64,000 nt of DNA from Arenicellales bacterium (GTDB lineage Bacteria > Pseudomonadota > Gammaproteobacteria > Arenicellales > JAJDZL01), in the NCBI GenBank assembly GCA_965220725.1, contig OZ244840.1:2560552-2624551 (forward strand), in the 5' to 3' direction. Position 1 is the stretch's first letter, and every line of letters starts with the position of its first letter. The notes under the pieces are model-generated. The model saw only the letters and a list, made by a program, of their open reading frames with translations. It did no database searches and had not been told where the DNA came from. A program made the translations under genes and the position numbers. This document shows positions 57,176 to 64,000 of the stretch, piece by piece.

Positions 57176-60100
57176 TCAGGCTGCTGAGGCTTCGGTCTCT
57201 GTTGCCAGCGTTTTCAGGATCAGAAAGGCTCTTTTGATGCGTTCTTCCTCTGATTTCAAAGAATGTGTAAATTGAAGCGTTGATTCTGCGTCGATCCGCT
57301 TGACTGTTCCCGGATATTCATGGATCAGGTTTCTGATTCCGACAATGTTGATGTTGTCGCGTTCATTGAACACCACGCGTCCCGAGCGTTCCTTGAGACT
57401 CAGCTTCGACACACCCAGCATTTGCGATTTCAGTTTCAGCGCCTTGACAAGAAATAGTGTATTGACTTCGTCAGGGACCTTTCCGAACCGGTCACGCATT
57501 TCATCCTTGAGTTGATTCAACTCGTGCTCGTTCGGTGTGCTGGCGATTTTTCGGTAGAGCATCAATCGCATGTTGACACTGGGCACCCAGATGTCCGGAA
57601 TCAGTGCAGTCACCTGCAACTCGATCTCTACGTCGCTTTTGACTTCAAGCGGGTCATCATTGATTACCATCCCGCCACTTCCCCGCTTCATTGACTCAAC
57701 AGCCTCGTTCAGGTAGTCGGAATAGATTGAATAGCCGATGTCATTGATTGCTCCGCTTTGCTCTTCACCCAACAGCGCACCGGCACCCCTGATTTCCAGA
57801 TCATGGGTGGCGATGATGTAACCGACGCCAAGATGATCGAATGCCTCGATGGCCTCGAGTCTGCGCCTGGCATCGGTACGCAGGTTTTCCTTGCTTGGGA
57901 CCAGCAGATAGGCATAGGCCTGATGATGAGAGCGGCCGACCCGGCCGCGGAGCTGGTGAAGCTGGGCGAGTCCAAACCGGTAGGCCTTGTCGATGATGAT
58001 CGTATTGGCTGTGGCAATGTCAATGCCGCTCTCGATGATGGTTGTGCACACCAGCAGATCGAACTTGTGCATGTAGAAGTCTTTCATGACCTGGTCGAGG
58101 CGCAGTTTTGACATCTGTCCGTGGGCAAATTCAATTTTTGCTTCGGGAACGATTCTGCCGATTTCCTCGGCGACCTTTCGGATTGTCTTGACGTTGTTGT
58201 GCACGTAAAAGATCTGGCCACCCCTTCGCAGCTCGCGCAGACAGGCCTCGCGCACGATCTCCGACTGCCAATTCCTGACAAAGGTGCGGACACTCAACCG
58301 GTTATCCGGCGGAGTTGCTATGATCGAGATGTCGCGTAGCTTGTTCAGCGCCATGCTCAATGTACGGGGGATTGGAGTCGCGGTCAGGGTGAGAAAGTCC
58401 ACGTCGGCGCGGATTTTCTTTAAAAATTCCTTCTGTCTCACACCAAAGCGATGTTCCTCATCGACGATGACAAGACCGAGATTGGAGAATTGGATATCTT
58501 TTTGCAACAGCCGGTGGGTACCGATGGCGATGTCAACCTTGCCGGTTTCCAGGCGTTCCACCACTTTGAGGGTATCCGATCTTGATCTCATTTGCGACAG
58601 CAGTTCAATTTGAATGCCCAGTTCCGAGAAACGGTCAAGGAATACATCATGGTGCTGCTGTGCCAGGGGTCGGGTCGGCACCACAATCGCCACCTGAAAT
58701 CCGTTTGCAACGGCGATCAGGGCGGCTCGCATGGCCACCTCGGTCTTGCCAAATCCCACGTCCCCGCAAACCAGACGGTCCATCGGCCGGCTGGAGCCGA
58801 GATCATCGAGTACGGATTCGATGGCTGATGCCTGATCAGGCGTCTCCGTGTAGCGGAATCTTGAGACAAATTCCTGATACTCCTCAGTGGGAATTGGCAT
58901 GGCATTGCCTTGCCGGGAGTCCCGCAGTGACTGGATGGCGAGCAGCTCTGCGGCAATGTCATAGGCTTGCTTGCGGGCTTTCTGCTTGGCCCTGTTCCAG
59001 GCATTCGAGCCCAAGGCATGGGGAGTGACCTCTTCGGAATTACCGCCGATGTATCGGGTGATGTAGTCAACATTGTGAACCGAGACATACAGGCTTTCAC
59101 CTCCCAGGTATTTGATTTTCACAAACTCTGCAGGCTGGCCGGTCAGATTCATGGTCACCAATCCGTCATAAAGTCCGATGCCATATTGCTCATGTACCAC
59201 GGGTTCTCCGATATTGAGCTCCTGCATCGAGGCGATGATCGATTCGGGATTCCCGGTCCGTTTGGATTTTTTCCGAATGTGCCCTCGATACCCGAACATT
59301 TCCGCGCTGGCGATGACTCGCAGTTGCTCCTGGGGCAGATGCAGTCCAATCTGCAGATCAGACATTGAAATCGCGATGTCGCCGGAGAATTGAAGAAAGT
59401 CACCGAAATCCCTGACACGGGAATACTCAAGGTCCAGTCTGTTCAGAGCGGATTCGACGATTTCCCTTTGACCGAAGTCATTCATCGTGAAGAGGGTTTT
59501 GGTCTTCGACTGTTTCAGGACATGGTCCAGTGCCGCATCGATTTTCTTGAAGCGTTGATCCTGTTCTGGAGCTCGAGAGTGGAAACGATGTGTGGCGACA
59601 TCCAGTGCGTTGTCAATGTGGATGGGGTGACGAAGTTCAATCTGTTCAAATAGTTTCTTTGGAGAAAGGTAGAGCATCTTCGCTGGCAGTGGAAGCCTCG
59701 CCTGGGTCTGGCTGGCCAAGTCGTAGCGTTCCTGGACGTAATCCCAGAATCTGTCGGCGGCGGTATCGAAGTCCTCGATGACGAAAAACGTCGCGCCGGC
59801 CGGTATGTAGTCGAATAGGGAACAAGTGGACTCGAAGAACAATGGCATGTAGAACTCAGCGCCGTTGGGCAGTGATTCAGAGTCGATCTGGCTGTAGACC
59901 TCGTTGTCTCTGGGGTCGCAATCAAGATTCTCGCGGATGCCCTGTCGGAATCGCTGAATGGACTTTGGATCGGTCGGGACCTCATTGCCGGGCAGAATCC
60001 TGATTTTTTCGATTTTCCGAACCGAGCGTTGGTCGCTTATAGAAAAATAACGAAGTGTTTCAATCTCGTTGCCAAAAAGTTCAATTCGAATCGGATCTTC

Positions 60101-60712
60101 AGCTCCGATTGCGAAAAGATCTATGACGCCGCCGCGAATGACGAAATCCCCCGGCGACTGGACTTCATCCACTATGACATAGGAATTTTCCAGTAGCGTC
60201 CGCCTGAATATGTCCAGATCGAGCGACTGACCGACGTCCAGTGACAGACTGTTTACAGCCACGTAGGTTGTCGGGGGAAGTTTTTGCATGGCGTTGTCTG
60301 CAGCGACAATCAGCACGCCGTCAGCCTGGTATTGCAGTTGATTGAGCAGTCTGATTCTCTCGGAAATAATGTCCTTGTGCGGGCTGAAATTGTCGTAGGG
60401 CAGGTTTTCCCATTCGGGAAAGATATCAATCGAAACACCCAGCGAATCCGGGCAGTAGAATTCCAATGCCTCTTTCAGGATTTCCGATTCCTTGCTGTTT
60501 GGAACGAGTACAACAGTCAGGCACTGCCGCCGACCGGCAACCCTGGAAATTGCAAGTGCACCAGCGCTACCCTGCAATCCAGCCCAGATCTGCCGACCAC
60601 CGTCTCGCGAACTATCTGGCGGCTCAAGAGGCGAAAAAAATTCAGATTTGCTCATGTCTGGTGTCAATGTTTTCATGTGCGGTTGCATCAATCCCGCAAA
60701 ACGGCTGCGCAC
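57176..60712 (-). CDS. mfd: transcription-repair coupling factor
   Basis: ~1170 aa with the superfamily-2 helicase motifs GDVGFGKTEVA and DEEHRFG plus the TRCF domain. The true start may be one of the internal Met codons (for example 60655). Confidence 0.93.
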   Translation of the reverse strand: MRSRFAGLMQPHMKTLTPDMSKSEFFSPLEPPDSSRDGGRQIWAGLQGSAGALAISRVAGRRQCLTVVLVPNSKESEILKEALEFYCPDSLGVSIDIFPEWENLPYDNFSPHKDIISERIRLLNQLQYQADGVLIVAADNAMQKLPPTTYVAVNSLSLDVGQSLDLDIFRRTLLENSYVIVDEVQSPGDFVIRGGVIDLFAIGAEDPIRIELFGNEIETLRYFSISDQRSVRKIEKIRILPGNEVPTDPKSIQRFRQGIRENLDCDPRDNEVYSQIDSESLPNGAEFYMPLFFESTCSLFDYIPAGATFFVIEDFDTAADRFWDYVQERYDLASQTQARLPLPAKMLYLSPKKLFEQIELRHPIHIDNALDVATHRFHSRAPEQDQRFKKIDAALDHVLKQSKTKTLFTMNDFGQREIVESALNRLDLEYSRVRDFGDFLQFSGDIAISMSDLQIGLHLPQEQLRVIASAEMFGYRGHIRKKSKRTGNPESIIASMQELNIGEPVVHEQYGIGLYDGLVTMNLTGQPAEFVKIKYLGGESLYVSVHNVDYITRYIGGNSEEVTPHALGSNAWNRAKQKARKQAYDIAAELLAIQSLRDSRQGNAMPIPTEEYQEFVSRFRYTETPDQASAIESVLDDLGSSRPMDRLVCGDVGFGKTEVAMRAALIAVANGFQVAIVVPTRPLAQQHHDVFLDRFSELGIQIELLSQMRSRSDTLKVVERLETGKVDIAIGTHRLLQKDIQFSNLGLVIVDEEHRFGVRQKEFLKKIRADVDFLTLTATPIPRTLSMALNKLRDISIIATPPDNRLSVRTFVRNWQSEIVREACLRELRRGGQIFYVHNNVKTIRKVAEEIGRIVPEAKIEFAHGQMSKLRLDQVMKDFYMHKFDLLVCTTIIESGIDIATANTIIIDKAYRFGLAQLHQLRGRVGRSHHQAYAYLLVPSKENLRTDARRRLEAIEAFDHLGVGYIIATHDLEIRGAGALLGEEQSGAINDIGYSIYSDYLNEAVESMKRGSGGMVINDDPLEVKSDVEIELQVTALIPDIWVPSVNMRLMLYRKIASTPNEHELNQLKDEMRDRFGKVPDEVNTLFLVKALKLKSQMLGVSKLSLKERSGRVVFNERDNINIVGIRNLIHEYPGTVKRIDAESTLQFTHSLKSEEERIKRAFLILKTLATETEASAA

Positions 60713-61113
60713 GCTTGGTGTGTTTCAGTTCCGGGCTGGCAAGCAGCACCAGTCGAGTGAAGCCTGCGGCATGGTCGAATGGCCTTGCGTCCGTTCTTTC
60801 GGTCATACCGATAAGCCAGCAGAATCGGACAAGCGGACGGTAACCGGTCATTGTACTTCGACATCCAGTCTGAAGTTTCCGTAACGACGAACAAAATCCA
60901 TTCGTCCAAATGAGAGCGGCGCGTCATTCAGGACGCGGTTCGCATTTGTTCGGAATTCACAACCGTTCATATAATATTGCCGGAAATGTGCACCATCAGA
61001 CGCGTCTTTCTATCTTTTTTCAATCATCCTCGTAGGGTTTGCTGTAGTGGGAGATTTTGAAATATCTCAAGTACATTCAAACAGCCAAATGTTGAGCGGA
61101 TTGCAGGTGCGAG

Positions 61114-61827
61114 TTGTTGCTCGGAGACAATGTGGTTAGGTATTTTGGCTTGATTCCTGCAGCAGGAGTCGGTCGGAGAATGAAGTCCAACATGCCCAAG
61201 CAGTACATGCATCTGGGTGGCCGCAAGATCATTGACTGGACAGTCCGCTCTCTCGTCGACCATGAGCGCATTGAAGGTGTTTTTGTCGGATTGGCGGCGA
61301 ATGATGATCATCAAGATTGGGTCCGGGCGTTGCACCCAAAGGTGTTGGATGTGTTTGGAGGTGGTGATACCAGGTCGGAGACGGTGCATAATGGCCTTGC
61401 CCATATGCTCAGGCAGGGCTGTTCGGGCGAGGATTGGGTTTTAGTCCATGACAGCAACCGACCATTCCTGTCGTCATCTGAAATCACAGATTTGATCCTC
61501 AAGGTTGGTGACGATGACAACGGTGGCTTGCTGAGCCTGCCGATCCATGATACGGTCAAGCGGGACTCAAGAGGACGGGTATCCGAAACCCTGCCTCGGG
61601 GTGAGTTGTTCCGTGCGCAGACTCCGCAGATGTTCAAGCTGGGATTGTTGAATACCGCACTGGAACAGTGCATCCGCAATGATCAGCAAGTGACCGACGA
61701 ATCCCAGGCCATGGAGATGCTGGGTTACCGGCCCTTGTTGGTGCAGGGCCGAGACTCAAACATCAAGATTACAACGCCGGATGATCTGAGGATAGCCTCT
61801 GCCATCTGCGAACTTGGTGTGGATTAA
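61114..61827 (+). CDS. ispD: 2-C-methyl-D-erythritol 4-phosphate cytidylyltransferase
   Basis: GLIPAAGVGRRM motif and the ispD-ispF pairing. The exact start is uncertain. Confidence 0.9.
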   Translation: MLLGDNVVRYFGLIPAAGVGRRMKSNMPKQYMHLGGRKIIDWTVRSLVDHERIEGVFVGLAANDDHQDWVRALHPKVLDVFGGGDTRSETVHNGLAHMLRQGCSGEDWVLVHDSNRPFLSSSEITDLILKVGDDDNGGLLSLPIHDTVKRDSRGRVSETLPRGELFRAQTPQMFKLGLLNTALEQCIRNDQQVTDESQAMEMLGYRPLLVQGRDSNIKITTPDDLRIASAICELGVD

Positions 61828-61842
61828 GACTGAACTGAGTGG

Positions 61843-62328
61843 GTGAAGCTGTTGGATTATCGGGTTGGATTTGGATTTGACGTGCACGAGCTGGTTGCAG
61901 ACCGCCCGTTGATCCTGGGCGGTGTAACCATCCCTCACGAGACTGGATTACTGGGGCACTCTGATGCGGATGCCGTGATACACGCCATCGTTGATGCCGT
62001 GCTGGGTGCCGCTGCGTTGGGCGACATTGGCAGGCATTTTCCGGACTCTGATCCCGAACACAAGGACAAGGACAGCAGGGTGTTCCTGAAATCTGTGAAT
62101 CAGGCGGTTCGGGACCTCGGTTTTTCGATTTCCAATGTTGATGTCACGATTGTGACGCAGGCTCCCAAAATCAGTCCGCATTCAGACGGCATGAGACAGA
62201 ATATTGCAGCAGACCTTGATGTGTCGGTCGACCGGGTCAATATCAAGGCGACTACGACGGAAAGTATGGGCTTTGTCGGGCGAAAGGAGGGGATTGCAGT
62301 CTGGGCTGTTGCAACTTTGTGCAAGTGA
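61843..62328 (+). CDS. ispF: 2-C-methyl-D-erythritol 2,4-cyclodiphosphate synthase
   Basis: RVGFGFDVH...GHSDADAVIHAI..A...GDIG.HFP motifs. Confidence 0.93.
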   Translation: MKLLDYRVGFGFDVHELVADRPLILGGVTIPHETGLLGHSDADAVIHAIVDAVLGAAALGDIGRHFPDSDPEHKDKDSRVFLKSVNQAVRDLGFSISNVDVTIVTQAPKISPHSDGMRQNIAADLDVSVDRVNIKATTTESMGFVGRKEGIAVWAVATLCK

Positions 62329-62420
62329 GCGGTATGGATTCCGCCATGGAGTTTACTGAAACAAGACGTCGCGCTGCATGCGAATCAACCGCCAGGGTTC
62401 CATCCCGACCGTAGTCTTTC

Positions 62421-62954
62421 TTATCTGTTTTTCTTCAGTAGCGCGTATTTCGCGCCGGCACCGCCGTCTGCCGGCACCGCCTTGCAGTAGGCCAGCACAA
62501 ACTTGTTCAGAGTCAGGGCTTTCTGTGTGTTCAATTTGATAACCGAGACTCCATCCGGAGAGTTCATGCCCTTGCCATGGATGATTTTCACACAACTGTA
62601 ACCTGCGTTGACCGAATCCCGGATGAAGGTTTCCAGTTTCCTGTGGGCCACATCAACGGTATAGCCGCGCAGGTGGATCTCATCCTGTCTCGCAAACTTC
62701 CCCTGCTTGAGTCGTACAAAGTCTTTTCGCTTGAATCCCGGTTTGCAGTATTCCTCATCGCTCTCCCACTGGATGCTTGAATAATGGGGATTTTCCGCCA
62801 TTGTCTCTTCCAAAACCCTGGCTTCATCGGCAGCGGACTGCGCATTGGAAGGAGCCGGTTTGGACACGTCATGCTCGACCTTTCCGCTTCCACCCAGTGG
62901 TGTGACACCCAGTGAACTCATTGCAGATTCGAAACTGGTGTGCTTGCGGTTCAT
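62421..62954 (-). CDS. smrA: Smr domain-containing protein (SmrA-like)
   Basis: C-terminal Smr domain IHLRGYTVDVAHRKLETFI...VKIIHGKG. The ATG at 62954 lies just downstream of the trxB stop. Confidence 0.75.
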   Translation of the reverse strand: MNRKHTSFESAMSSLGVTPLGGSGKVEHDVSKPAPSNAQSAADEARVLEETMAENPHYSSIQWESDEEYCKPGFKRKDFVRLKQGKFARQDEIHLRGYTVDVAHRKLETFIRDSVNAGYSCVKIIHGKGMNSPDGVSVIKLNTQKALTLNKFVLAYCKAVPADGGAGAKYALLKKNR

Positions 62955-62971
62955 TGTCGTAAAACCGTTGT

Positions 62972-63952
<981 letters not shown>

Positions 63953-64000
63953 TCATCAACATCGTTCAGATACAGTTGAATCGGACAACAGACGGTCATT

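Noticed and set aside
60466-60927. Several 70-160-aa ORFs around the mfd 5' end (60284..60760, 60466..60843, 60492..60884, 60642..60851, 60688..60927)
   Set aside because: They overlap the mfd start region in other frames or on the other strand and have no motifs. I also looked for ftsB upstream of ispD in the ~400-bp mfd-ispD gap and found nothing convincing.

Overview
This is a 64-kb window of a gammaproteobacterial-type chromosome. Most of it is conserved housekeeping sequence in Pseudomonas-like order. The recognisable blocks are a potABCD-type polyamine transporter, rpsP-rimM-trmD-rplS, xerD, tRNA-Glu, pcnB-folK, trpS-scpA-scpB-rluB, gph-ubiG-mtaD, gyrA-pheA-hisC-tyrA-aroA-cmk-rpsA-ihfB-lapA-lapB, def, mfd, ispD-ispF and trxB. 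Two accessory regions stand out. (1) About 1975-15770 holds four head-to-tail ~3.5-kb units. Each unit encodes a ~950-aa autotransporter with this order of parts: signal peptide, unrecognised ~200-aa N-terminal module, FN3, two Ig-like domains, C-terminal beta-barrel ending in F. Each unit also has a conserved ~640-bp spacer and a strong intrinsic terminator. Paralog 3 is knocked out of frame by an uninterrupted G10 tract inside its signal-peptide codons, which makes it a phase-variation candidate. The paralogs are visibly mosaic, consistent with gene conversion. (2) About 38950-43650 is an AT-richer island between mtaD and gyrA. It carries an orphan Phd/YefM-type antitoxin, an Abi_2 (AbiD/AbiF-like, HEPN Rx4H) gene and two Uma2/DUF820 nuclease-like paralogs, one of them frameshifted. 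The Abi gene is preceded by four exact-period 205-bp tandem modules, and this is my top candidate for an undescribed system. Each module has a promoter-like TTGCAA-N17-TAACAT, a 100%-conserved hairpin plus T7 tract, and in three of the four a 46-codon mini-ORF paralogous to the Abi N-terminus. The layout resembles a type III (RNA antitoxin) toxin-antitoxin or abortive-infection locus, but with a HEPN toxin and an amplified RNA module. All calls come from reading the sequence and ORF translations. No database search or RNA folding program was run.
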